Under the pieces are notes generated by a model that had not been told where the DNA came from, did no database searches, and was given only the letters and a program-made list of their open reading frames with translations. Both the position numbers and the translations under genes were made by a program. From a virus (Duplodnaviria > Caudoviricetes), in IMG/VR virus record IMGVR_UViG_3300030708_002673, positions 18,130-82,129 of that record: DNA of 64,000 bases; one strand, given 5' to 3'. Below, in pieces: positions 36,501 to 45,487 of the stretch. Positions within the stretch are counted from its first letter, which is position 1. The number at the start of each line of letters is the position of its first letter.

Positions 36501-39183
36501 ATTCAACATTGACAGGAACCGGTTCCCCCAGAACATCAACTATCTGAAACCAGTTGTTGATGTTGATGCTGTTGTAGATGATCCTCTGGATGCTCAATCT
36601 TATGCTGTCCGTGATGACATTGGACATGTTGAGAGCAGCAATCCTGAGCACAGCATCACCAAGGAATCAACTTATAAGTTGATTGATGACATGGGTATCG
36701 GTAAGAAAATTACCGATGCAACTGTCTCTGGTGCCACAGTAACACTGAATACTGAGGTTGACCATGGACTGAATGGCGTTCTTCAGTTTGGTTCTCTGCA
36801 AGGTGGTGCTGGTTTCGGTGTCAACACCAATGCTGGTGAGTATTACTTTGGTTGCCACTTTACTGGTGGTAGTGGTCAAGGTGCTACCGCTGATGTTGTT
36901 GTCAACGCTGCAGGCAATATCTCTGAAGTCACCCTGGTTGACCGTGGATCGGGTTATGCTGTTGGTGACACCCTGACCCTTGCGGGTTGTCCTAAGTATG
37001 ATCCAGGTGGTGCTAACTCCACCATCAGCGTCACTGAGATCAGCAACGTTGTCGGTGATATTGTCCAGGTTGTGGGCGTGGGTAGCACCGGTTTCAACGG
37101 TCTGCATCGCATCACCCAGGTCACTGATCCTAAGAACCTGCTTTACACCGCTGGTGGAGTCTCTGTAGCATCTACAGGTGGTTTTATCTACCACGTTGGT
37201 GTTACCACTTCTATCACCAACATTGTTCACAATGCGACGACGAAGATCGCAACCGTGACAATGAACACGGACATCGGTCTGAGACGTGGTGATCAGATTG
37301 TTATCAATGGTGCTAATACTGAATACAATGGCACCTGGTCCATTCAGGATCGTATTGGTTATGGATCATCACTGAGTGTCCTGATTGATTCTGATACTGC
37401 TCCTACATTCTCTGGTGCTGGTGCATATGCACACGGTAACGGTATCAACTTCCGTGCCAATGGTCAAACTATCCCCATCTATGATGGTGCAATCAGTGAG
37501 ATCAGTGCAGGACTGAGCACCACTTCAACAAGCATCACACTGAAGAACCCCCACGCATTCAACCGTGGTGACTTCCTTCAGATTGAGGATGAGATTGTTC
37601 GCATCACCAACGCACAGAAGGATCAGATTGCACGGGGTACCATGGGTACCAACGCTGCTTCCCACCTTCAGTACGTTGCTGCACAGCGTATCAAGGTTAT
37701 TCCTGTTGAGCAACGTCGCCACTCAACTATCCGTGCCTCGGGTCACACGTTTGAATACGTGGGTTATGGACCTGGTAACTACAGCACGGGCATGCCTCAG
37801 ACACAAACCCGTGTCTTGGATGACAATCAGCAGTTGTTGGCACAGTCCATCAACACACGTGGTGGCACGGTTGTCTACTCTGGTATGAATGACCGGGGTG
37901 AGTTCTTCATCGGTCGTAAGAAGATTGATGCTCTGACTGGTGAAGAGATCAGCACCATCACCAAGTTTGACTCAACCCCAGTCCTCAAGGTTCCTGTAAC
38001 AGCAGACTTTGATGACCTGACTGTCAAGAACAACCTGTACAGTTTGGGTAACACTGAACTGATTGACCTGCAACTCAAGGGCAACCGTTCAGGTCCTGTT
38101 GGTGCCAGCGTCATCGTTGGTATCAATGGTAGTTCCACCAACGCAGTTCCTACCAGTTCAATTGACCAGATTCTTCTCAATCTGTCATTTGATAAGGGTG
38201 GTTACATTGGTTATGTTAGAACTGGCGACAGTTCCCCGTGGAAGAAGTGGGGTCCGATTACGGTTGACGCCACTGATCACTACGCCTTTGACAAACTTGC
38301 ATTAGGCAACAACACTGGTACCACTGCTCACCGTGTGTTTGATGCAACTGGTGATGGTTACATCAGTGGTGGTCTGACTGTTGGTGCTGCATCCACGATT
38401 GCAAGTCTTGCGGTCAGTGATCTGACCAATCAGCGGATTGTGTTTGCTGGTGCTGGTGGAGAATTGCAGGACAACGGAGTCCTCTACTTCTCTGGTTCTA
38501 CGCTGTACTCCCACACTCAGGTGGCATCCAACACCATCACTGCTGGTGAGTTCATTGGACCTGGCACCATTCCTCTTGGTGGCATCATCATGTGGTCTGG
38601 TAGCAGTGTTCCCACTGGATGGTCACTGTGTAATGGTAGCAACGGTACACCTGACCTCAGAAACCGCTTTATTGTTGGTTCTGGTGATAGTTACAACACT
38701 GGTGCCACGGGTGGTGATGACTCCTACAGTCTGACCCTGGGTCAACTGCCGAGTCACTTCCACAGTCAACCAACCCACACTCACCCTGCTGGAACTCTGA
38801 ATGTGAATGGTGACACTGGCAACCAGAGCGCCAATCACAGTCACAACGCATCGCTGTCCGTCACTATCAATAACAACACCACTGGTATTGAGATCAGAGG
38901 TGGTGGATCAAATGATGACGGTGGTAATGAAGTTCCTGGCGGTAACCATGGCAATAATCAACGGGTCAGCAACGCGGTTGTGGATCCAGGTCACGGTCAC
39001 ACCGGTAGTGCATCAGGCACCACTGATAACAACAACGCCAACCACACTCACAACATCAGTCTCAGCGTTGCTGGTTCCACTGGAGACGGTGGTAACCAGA
39101 ATACTGGAACGCTTGGTAACGGTGATGCGATTGACAACCGACCTCAATACTATGCACTCGCATATATCATGCGGACTACCTGA
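33583..39183 (+). CDS. Large virion structural/tail-fibre protein with C-terminal tail-collar domain
   Basis: MPLSRLENFLKN...RPFKTIQRALIE start; GGIIMWSG..GWSLCNGSNGTPDLRNRFIVG collar; HxH motifs; TAAATA at 33545. Confidence 0.85.
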   Translation: MPLSRLENFLKNIQGNVIYVNPEELDATDDISNTGNSRTRPFKTIQRALIESARFSYQLGKNNDKFDKTTIVVSPGVHYVDNRPGYQINTSGTVTDVTGASQSIAELGVGANFNIQDSNNVLYHFNSANGGVIMPRGTSICGSDLRKTKIRPKYVPDPLNNSIPSTALFRVTGGCYFREFTLFDGDPADRIYKDYTTNVYAPTYSHHKLTCFEYADGVNKMDGKGLTDLDMYYAKLTLAYGNASGRAIPTYPTNDDFEQVVDESRIVGAISNVGAIRIQDIYSGVNSSDPTATTIVTVRTSETHGLTVATPINIKGVAGNSNVNGTEYDGVHVVSQVLSDTLFTYSVTTAPATTATPNLSGLSPTVTVESDTVTSASPYIFNCSLRSVFGINGLHADGSKATGFKSMVLAQFTGVSLNKDDNAFVKYNVTSGVYEDQAALGTSTILHTDGMARHKPDWQNFHIKASNNAQLQLVSVFAVGCGHHFINESGSDSSITNSNSNFGACALLCDGFKDDAFQKDDQGYITGILPTQKNFGKETTFNWLKLDVDDTAAAADTKLYLRDFKQRDDVPIVTASKYFVGNKVGDLLQLNINGQVTSAEIMMTVPNGTTAASGKKEFLVGRASGISSISSDILTLQCPGQTHNLFTGESVCFYADDGALPDGIDYNRKYYVIANPVANENDKIKIATSKDNALANVALTGINNAGGQLRVVSRVIDKEPGEPGHPIQYDATGWYVNVKTGNTLHDKVKVNQSSISPETPATFITRKIDDRQDIEAIYRLRYVLPDASAIAAPPQNGYVIQDSGTVIDDTNFQNENNVLSSDLDLRTETYITNASWNGNIGFITCRHPHRLHHGQLIQINRLRSENNVHGEANSGYNGLHYVSQIIDKKSFRIGINTDPGGITTISTGIPYTTHDNSVVGSGRTFSPYFVRKEYGNAYQIFNHEVVQEHKPGVQDGVYDLTMLGYHSTPDLAPFNIDRNRFPQNINYLKPVVDVDAVVDDPLDAQSYAVRDDIGHVESSNPEHSITKESTYKLIDDMGIGKKITDATVSGATVTLNTEVDHGLNGVLQFGSLQGGAGFGVNTNAGEYYFGCHFTGGSGQGATADVVVNAAGNISEVTLVDRGSGYAVGDTLTLAGCPKYDPGGANSTISVTEISNVVGDIVQVVGVGSTGFNGLHRITQVTDPKNLLYTAGGVSVASTGGFIYHVGVTTSITNIVHNATTKIATVTMNTDIGLRRGDQIVINGANTEYNGTWSIQDRIGYGSSLSVLIDSDTAPTFSGAGAYAHGNGINFRANGQTIPIYDGAISEISAGLSTTSTSITLKNPHAFNRGDFLQIEDEIVRITNAQKDQIARGTMGTNAASHLQYVAAQRIKVIPVEQRRHSTIRASGHTFEYVGYGPGNYSTGMPQTQTRVLDDNQQLLAQSINTRGGTVVYSGMNDRGEFFIGRKKIDALTGEEISTITKFDSTPVLKVPVTADFDDLTVKNNLYSLGNTELIDLQLKGNRSGPVGASVIVGINGSSTNAVPTSSIDQILLNLSFDKGGYIGYVRTGDSSPWKKWGPITVDATDHYAFDKLALGNNTGTTAHRVFDATGDGYISGGLTVGAASTIASLAVSDLTNQRIVFAGAGGELQDNGVLYFSGSTLYSHTQVASNTITAGEFIGPGTIPLGGIIMWSGSSVPTGWSLCNGSNGTPDLRNRFIVGSGDSYNTGATGGDDSYSLTLGQLPSHFHSQPTHTHPAGTLNVNGDTGNQSANHSHNASLSVTINNNTTGIEIRGGGSNDDGGNEVPGGNHGNNQRVSNAVVDPGHGHTGSASGTTDNNNANHTHNISLSVAGSTGDGGNQNTGTLGNGDAIDNRPQYYALAYIMRTT

Positions 39184-39215
39184 TAAATACACTTATAAAA
39201 GGAGTATTTTGGTAA

Positions 39216-41555
39216 ATGGCATCGGTAAATAAAAAGTTTGCTGTCGAAAAGGGTCTGGAAGTTGGCGACCAGGCTCTTGTCGTTGATGCCGACAATGAAC
39301 GTACTGGTATTGGTAAAACAAATCCAGAGTACGGTCTTGATGTTGCAACTACGGCACGTTTTGACGGCATTGTTACTGCCGCTCAGGTAGGTATTGGTAG
39401 TACACAACCTGCTAAGGATGTTGACTTCAATGCGGACATGGCAGTCCGTAAGAAGTTATATGACATGAACGACAGTGCCGGATCAGACCATAAGGTTCTG
39501 GTCTCTGTTGGTACTGGTGTTTCTTGGTCTAACTCCGCTGACATCACTGCTCTTGCAGATGGTCGTCCGGATCAAGTACAATATAAGAAAGATGATGGCA
39601 CCTTTGGTGGTGCTTCTCAATTTGTATATGACGATGGTAATGACCGCGTCGGTATAGGTATTACCACACCGTTCTATACCTTGGACGTTGATGGTACTGT
39701 CCGGCTTGACGGTGTATTCTATGACTCCAACTCTCAAGTTGGTGTTGCGAAATCTGTTCTTGCTGCTAGTGATACTGGTCAACTCCAGTGGGTTGGTGCT
39801 GGTGCATCAACGCTGAACATCATCTATGTTGCAGAAGATGGTAATGATAACAATGATGGCAGGTCACTGAGTAGTGCTAAGAGATCCATCAAAGCAGCAA
39901 CTGAAGTCTCCAGTGCTGGTGATGTGATCCGTGTTGCTGGTGGTGTTTACAGTGAGCAGAACCCCATCACTGTGCCACGTAACGTGTCCATTGATGGTGA
40001 TGACCTGAGAAACACCCAGGTTATCCCAGCAAACGTTGGACAAGATCTGTTCAAGGTTCACAATGGTGTTCTGATTCAGAACATGTCCTTTGTTGGTGCT
40101 GCCAACACTGGTGCAATGATTACATTCCCTCCTGAGGGTGTGGTCAACCGTCACCGTTTCTCTAGTGCCAACGCTAATTCATTCAAGATTGGACCTAACT
40201 GGCACACTGGTGTGTCCACCACACCTACGTTCATCAACTACGATCCCATCAGTGGTGTTACCACTGCCACGATTGTGGGTCATGGTCTGACACTTGCTGA
40301 CAGTATTGGTATTGTCACTGGTGGTTTTGCAATGACCTGTGACAGTGATGATCATGCCACTCTGCACTCATACCCACGGGCAACTGATCCCCTTGCTGGT
40401 ATCTTCACTGGCATTACATCATTCACTGCTGACACCATTACTTTCCAGGCAGGTGATGCTGGAAGTGGTGCACGAATCACTGGTATCATCACCCAGTCCC
40501 CATATGTAAGGAACTGCACGAACTTTGTTCCTGACAGTATTGGCATGAGGATCAATGGTAACCACGCTGGTGGTACCAAGTCCATGGTGGTTGACTCCTA
40601 CACCCAGTACAATCAGGGTGGTATTGGTGTCACAATCTCCAACGATGGTTATGCACAGTTGGTGTCTATCTTCACGGTGTGTGATGAGTACGCCATCTCC
40701 TGTGTGTCAGGTGGTCAGTGTGACCTGAACAACTCTAACGCCTCGTTCGGTACCTTTGGTATCGTGGCATCCGGCGTTGGTACTGTCACAGACACTGGTT
40801 CACTGGCAGTGGAGGCAGTTGAAGAAGACAATACTGTTGTTATCAGTGGTCTTACCCAACGTCCTTACTCTGGTCAGGTCTTCTACCTTGGAGAACTGTT
40901 CAATGAAGTTATCAGGGTCAATGTAACCAACGCAGGTAGTGGTTACACCAGTTCCAACCCACCAACAGTCACCATCGGTGCTCCGTCTGGTCCTAATGGT
41001 GCTAGTGCTGAAGGAACAGCAGTTGTGAACGGGTACGGACAAGTCACTGCTGTCAACCTGTTTGCAACTGGCACGCAGTATCGCAGTGCTCCTTCCGTCA
41101 CTATTGCTGGTGGTAGTGGTACTACAGCGACAGCAACTGCTGAGATTGGACCTACTTACTACACTATAAATACTGCTACGCCGGTTACCGCAGGCGTTTC
41201 GACCGTTACTATTGACCAAACACTACCTGCAAATGTTGGTGTTGGTTCAGCGATCCCCCTCCAGCGACAATCTCTGATTCTTGCATCCTCATATACATTT
41301 GAATTTGTTGGTGCTGGTCTCACGATTGCTAACGCATTGCCCCGTAAAGGTGGCGTTACTATTCCTGAGAATGAAACTGTATCTGAGGGTGGTGGTCGAG
41401 TTGTTTATACCTCCACAGATGAGAGAGGTAACTTGAAAGTTGGTGATGGGTTTACTATCAACCAGCAAACAGGCACCATCACAGGTGACGCTTTCAATAA
41501 GAGCATCCAAGCAACCCTTACACCACTAATCATTGCACTCGGAGGTAATGTCTAA
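39216..41555 (+). CDS. Virion structural/fibre protein
   Basis: IYVAEDGNDNNDG..AKRSIKAA, SPYVRNCT; TAAATA at 39184. Confidence 0.75.
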   Translation: MASVNKKFAVEKGLEVGDQALVVDADNERTGIGKTNPEYGLDVATTARFDGIVTAAQVGIGSTQPAKDVDFNADMAVRKKLYDMNDSAGSDHKVLVSVGTGVSWSNSADITALADGRPDQVQYKKDDGTFGGASQFVYDDGNDRVGIGITTPFYTLDVDGTVRLDGVFYDSNSQVGVAKSVLAASDTGQLQWVGAGASTLNIIYVAEDGNDNNDGRSLSSAKRSIKAATEVSSAGDVIRVAGGVYSEQNPITVPRNVSIDGDDLRNTQVIPANVGQDLFKVHNGVLIQNMSFVGAANTGAMITFPPEGVVNRHRFSSANANSFKIGPNWHTGVSTTPTFINYDPISGVTTATIVGHGLTLADSIGIVTGGFAMTCDSDDHATLHSYPRATDPLAGIFTGITSFTADTITFQAGDAGSGARITGIITQSPYVRNCTNFVPDSIGMRINGNHAGGTKSMVVDSYTQYNQGGIGVTISNDGYAQLVSIFTVCDEYAISCVSGGQCDLNNSNASFGTFGIVASGVGTVTDTGSLAVEAVEEDNTVVISGLTQRPYSGQVFYLGELFNEVIRVNVTNAGSGYTSSNPPTVTIGAPSGPNGASAEGTAVVNGYGQVTAVNLFATGTQYRSAPSVTIAGGSGTTATATAEIGPTYYTINTATPVTAGVSTVTIDQTLPANVGVGSAIPLQRQSLILASSYTFEFVGAGLTIANALPRKGGVTIPENETVSEGGGRVVYTSTDERGNLKVGDGFTINQQTGTITGDAFNKSIQATLTPLIIALGGNV

Positions 41556-41893
41556 TGGCTGCAATCCCACTCAATAAATTTAGAACCATCACGCATGTAG
41601 TCACTGATGCTGCTGTTGGTATCTACACATGCCCTCCAGGTGTGGCATCGCTGCTGATTTACGGCAACGTATCTAATGTGGGACAGGGATCCTCTGTGAC
41701 TACATTTACTGTTGCTCATAAGCGTGGTTCGGTAGACACTGAAGTTGTACGCGACGCACGCATCCCCCATCAAGATGCTATGTCATTCCTTGATGGTCGT
41801 CTGGCACTGGAGACCGGTGACATTCTTACTATCAAAGGTAATGAAAACGATACCATGAAGTGCATTATTTCTGTTCTCGAAAACGCTAAGTAA
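41555..41893 (+). CDS. Small virion-associated protein
   Basis: LNKFRTIT, IYTCPPGV, LALETGD. Confidence 0.65.
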   Translation: MAAIPLNKFRTITHVVTDAAVGIYTCPPGVASLLIYGNVSNVGQGSSVTTFTVAHKRGSVDTEVVRDARIPHQDAMSFLDGRLALETGDILTIKGNENDTMKCIISVLENAK

Positions 41894-41895
41894 AA

Positions 41896-43761
41896 ATGAG
41901 ACTGCTCTCCGGGCGTGTAGGCGTTACATCCTACTCAGGTCTATCCACTGAACGTAAACAAACTGACGGTTTCCCCAGTTTCCTTGGAATGGAGGAGGTG
42001 GAACCAAATCTTGGTCTGCCCGGAAATAATAACTATGTGTTGTATGGCAGCACTGATGGTACGAGATATTGGGGAGCACCATCTGGTGCACCATCCGGTA
42101 GCGTTGATGGTATTGATGTTCAGAAAGATGGTGTAACTCCAGTTGGTTTTGGTGGTTCTACCACTATTATCAACTTTACTGGTAATGGTGTAGATTTCTC
42201 TGCCACCAAGCAAGACAATGGTGGTGTTGAGGTTGGTGTTGCCACCCTCACAATCAACCGGTCTGCTAACGACTTCCAAGACGCTAACGAGTTTACTCGG
42301 GTCACTGGGGTTACCACGTTCCGTGTGGGAACTGGTCTCTCATTCACAGAGATTGCTGGTAAAACTGGTATTGTTTCTATCTTTGCGACTGGTGCAATCA
42401 TCGCCGTCCAGAATGGTGATGGCAGCAGTGCTGTTGAGAACGTAAGTTTTGTCCGTGTGGGCAAAGGTCTCACAGCATCTCAGGTCTCTGTTGGTATTGC
42501 AACCATTGATGTATCAGGTGACTTTGATAACATCCGTGCCGCCGGTATTATTACTGCTGACCAATACTACAGTGGTAACGTAGTTGGAACAGCACTGACT
42601 GCATCCATCTTCGATGGTGGTATCTTCAATGGCAACCTGCTGGGTAATGTAACTGGTAACCTGCTTGGTATCACCACAGGTACCCACAATGGTGATGTTC
42701 TTGGAAATATTGTTGGTGACCTGAACTCTACTGGTGTTTCTACCATCAGTTATCTTCAGAGTGTCAACGTCAACGCTTCTGGTATTGTCACTGCCACCAA
42801 CTTTGATGGTGATCTCGCAGGTGCAGTCACTGGTAGTTTGACTGGTAATGTAACCGGTAATGTAACCGGCAACCTGACTGGTAATGTAATTGGTAACGTC
42901 ACCAGCAGTGGTAGTAACTCATTCAATCAGGTAACAGTAAGTGGCGTTACAACTTCTACTGGCGGTTTTGTTGGTGATGTTACTGGCGATGTAACTGGTA
43001 ATGTCGTCGGTGATCTGAACGGCAACATCAACGCCACCACTGGCATCAACACTATCACCAACCACCTGAAGATCCTGGTTGATGATGGATCTCCTGCACG
43101 TATTGACTACTACTGCGAGACTTCCAACATCCACTACACTCGGGTGAAGTCTGCACCCCACAGTGAGTACAGTGGCAATGTAGAACTGACTCTGGGAACC
43201 AAGAGCGGTGACTTCATCATTGGTGACACTGTTGGTGCTATCACTCAGAACATCCACACCACTGGTATTGTCACTGCATCACACTTCCATGGTAATGGTG
43301 CAAACCTGACTGACATTGTTGCTGGTAACAGCACACTGACTGCAACTAACACCACAAATGCTAATCACTACCTGATTTTCGCTGCTGGTGCGACTGGTAC
43401 TGAACCGTTCCGGACTGACGTTGACCTCAACTACAACCCTGCAACCAACACTCTGACTGCTGTCAAGTTTGCTGGTAATGCAACTGGTCTGGTTGATGAT
43501 CCATCCATCTCAGTGTCCGGCATCACACTGAAGGGCAACATGATTGCCGATGCTGATGCTACACGTAACCTGGGTGCTTCTGGCACACGCTGGGCAAACG
43601 TTTACACCGCTGACATGCACTTCAGCAATGTGGGCACAGGTGGCAACGATGTTGATGGCACTGAAGGTAACTGGACACTTCAGGAAGGTGAGAACGACAT
43701 CTTCATGATCAACAATAAAACTGGAAAACGATTCAAGATTGCACTAACCCCTGTGGATTGA
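41896..43761 (+). CDS. Tail fibre protein
   Basis: GNVTG/GDVTG repeats; C-terminal GNWTLQEGENDIFMINNKTGKRF. Confidence 0.75.
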   Translation: MRLLSGRVGVTSYSGLSTERKQTDGFPSFLGMEEVEPNLGLPGNNNYVLYGSTDGTRYWGAPSGAPSGSVDGIDVQKDGVTPVGFGGSTTIINFTGNGVDFSATKQDNGGVEVGVATLTINRSANDFQDANEFTRVTGVTTFRVGTGLSFTEIAGKTGIVSIFATGAIIAVQNGDGSSAVENVSFVRVGKGLTASQVSVGIATIDVSGDFDNIRAAGIITADQYYSGNVVGTALTASIFDGGIFNGNLLGNVTGNLLGITTGTHNGDVLGNIVGDLNSTGVSTISYLQSVNVNASGIVTATNFDGDLAGAVTGSLTGNVTGNVTGNLTGNVIGNVTSSGSNSFNQVTVSGVTTSTGGFVGDVTGDVTGNVVGDLNGNINATTGINTITNHLKILVDDGSPARIDYYCETSNIHYTRVKSAPHSEYSGNVELTLGTKSGDFIIGDTVGAITQNIHTTGIVTASHFHGNGANLTDIVAGNSTLTATNTTNANHYLIFAAGATGTEPFRTDVDLNYNPATNTLTAVKFAGNATGLVDDPSISVSGITLKGNMIADADATRNLGASGTRWANVYTADMHFSNVGTGGNDVDGTEGNWTLQEGENDIFMINNKTGKRFKIALTPVD

Positions 43762-43762
43762 C

Positions 43763-44575
43763 ATGATCAAATTTTATGATGATCTGATTGACGATACTTT
43801 AGCGGACGAGATCCATAATTATTGTCAGGGTATATCTTGGTATCACAAGTGGTATGGTCTCGACATGGAGACCAACCACTGTACTAGGAAGTTGAATGAA
43901 TATATTCCTAATGAGGATGGTAATGACGTTCGGCGTCACATCCTGTCGCAGGAGGCAGGATTGTTTGGGATGATGCAACTCTTGCAGTTCTCATCATACA
44001 GGCACCCATTTGGGTGGAATACAGAATCATTGAAAGAACGTAATGATTTGATCTGGTCACTGTGGACTAAGATCAATCACCAAGTATTTGATGGTAAGGC
44101 AACGCTAGATGGCATTGGTGATTTTGTTGATGGATTGAGAGTGGGTAACCACTTCTTCAAAGATCAAACAGATTTCTTTGACAAGTATCATGCTCCTCGC
44201 GACATAGAGCATTGGACCTCATACTTCAGTGCCAGGGCATGTGAACCCATTGGGTTGGTAAGAGAAAAGAAGCAGTACAAGATGATCCATAAGGATACTC
44301 GCCCAGAATTTGAGGGTGAGTATTATACAGTATTATATGTGGTGAATAGGAAGTGGAAACCCACTTGGGGTGGTGAGATTATTTTCTATGGTGATGAATA
44401 TACTGGTGGCAAACACCGTAAATATAAGTACGATATTGGGTATCCAACACATATCATAGGAAATAAACCCGGTAGGGTCTTCGTATATCATCATAATGAT
44501 ATACATAAAGCAACGCCCCCTAGTTCTGAAGCAAATGAGATGACTCAGCGCATAGGATTTAGAGTAAAACTGTAA
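43763..44575 (+). CDS. 2OG-Fe(II) oxygenase (prolyl-4-hydroxylase-like)
   Basis: IHKD, WGGEIIFY, H..ATPP, QRIGFR. Confidence 0.8.
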   Translation: MIKFYDDLIDDTLADEIHNYCQGISWYHKWYGLDMETNHCTRKLNEYIPNEDGNDVRRHILSQEAGLFGMMQLLQFSSYRHPFGWNTESLKERNDLIWSLWTKINHQVFDGKATLDGIGDFVDGLRVGNHFFKDQTDFFDKYHAPRDIEHWTSYFSARACEPIGLVREKKQYKMIHKDTRPEFEGEYYTVLYVVNRKWKPTWGGEIIFYGDEYTGGKHRKYKYDIGYPTHIIGNKPGRVFVYHHNDIHKATPPSSEANEMTQRIGFRVKL

Positions 44576-44633
44576 TAACGGGACACCGCACAACTCCCAA
44601 TAGTAGTGCCAACTGAATACCCCTTGTAGTAGG

Positions 44634-45455
44634 ATGGTTACTGTTCACGACGGTCTCATCACAGATTCTCTGTCTAAATCTGTGTACGATTATTGTCAGA
44701 CAATCTCCTGGTATCAGGAGTGGCTTGGGTTCAAGCATCTGCTCAATGATCCTAAAAAATCTTTTCAAGAGTACATTCCAGCAACAGATGGCAAGACATC
44801 TAGTCGCCATTTTTTAGATAAAGACTTAGGACCAATGGGAGTCCTAGGTCTTATGGAGTTTTCAATGTATCGGCATCCATTTGGAAGAAATGCCGAGGAT
44901 TTGAAAGAACATCCTCCCATTGAAGAACTCTGGAATACTATCAATCACAAAGTATTTGACGGCAAAGCATCTCCGGATGGTATCCGAGAGAACTGTGCTG
45001 GATTATCTGGTAATAGAAAGGGATACAAGGATAGGAAAACTTTCTATGAGAAGTATGGGTTTGAGATGGATAATGGGTTCACTGTCATGCTCAATGCAAG
45101 GTGTGCTGATCCCATAGAGTCGCGTCCAATTGGTCTTCGCAATGGGCAACTACATAAAGACACAGATCCAAATATTGGTCCCGACGATAACAGTTGGTTC
45201 ACTGTATTATACATTGCTAACAGGGAATGGCAACCTGATTGGGGTGGCGATTTTTACTATTACAGTAATGAAAATACAGGTGCTAAACACTGGAAACATG
45301 GGTATGATATTGGGTGGGCAAGCGACATTGTGAGCAACGTACCAGGGAGGATAATTGTATATCCTCATACCCAGATACATAGGACAGCAGCTCCAAATGC
45401 TGGGGCACCTGAGATGACACAGCGAATTGCGTTCAGAGTCCGAGTAACTAAATAA
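44634..45455 (+). CDS. 2OG-Fe(II) oxygenase, paralog of preceding gene
   Basis: LHKD, WGGDFYYY, IHRTAAP, QRIAFR. Confidence 0.8.
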   Translation: MVTVHDGLITDSLSKSVYDYCQTISWYQEWLGFKHLLNDPKKSFQEYIPATDGKTSSRHFLDKDLGPMGVLGLMEFSMYRHPFGRNAEDLKEHPPIEELWNTINHKVFDGKASPDGIRENCAGLSGNRKGYKDRKTFYEKYGFEMDNGFTVMLNARCADPIESRPIGLRNGQLHKDTDPNIGPDDNSWFTVLYIANREWQPDWGGDFYYYSNENTGAKHWKHGYDIGWASDIVSNVPGRIIVYPHTQIHRTAAPNAGAPEMTQRIAFRVRVTK

Positions 45456-45487
45456 TACCAGCACCTAACCTGTACTAATAATACGCC

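Noticed and set aside
29472-39183. Inteins or introns in gp5 or the 1866-aa protein
   Set aside because: No C/S-start...HN splice motifs or LAGLIDADG blocks seen, and the frames are continuous.
42780-43030. GGTAATGTAACC-type short repeats as CRISPR or DGR
   Set aside because: They encode GNVTG fibre repeats; there are no spacers and no reverse transcriptase.
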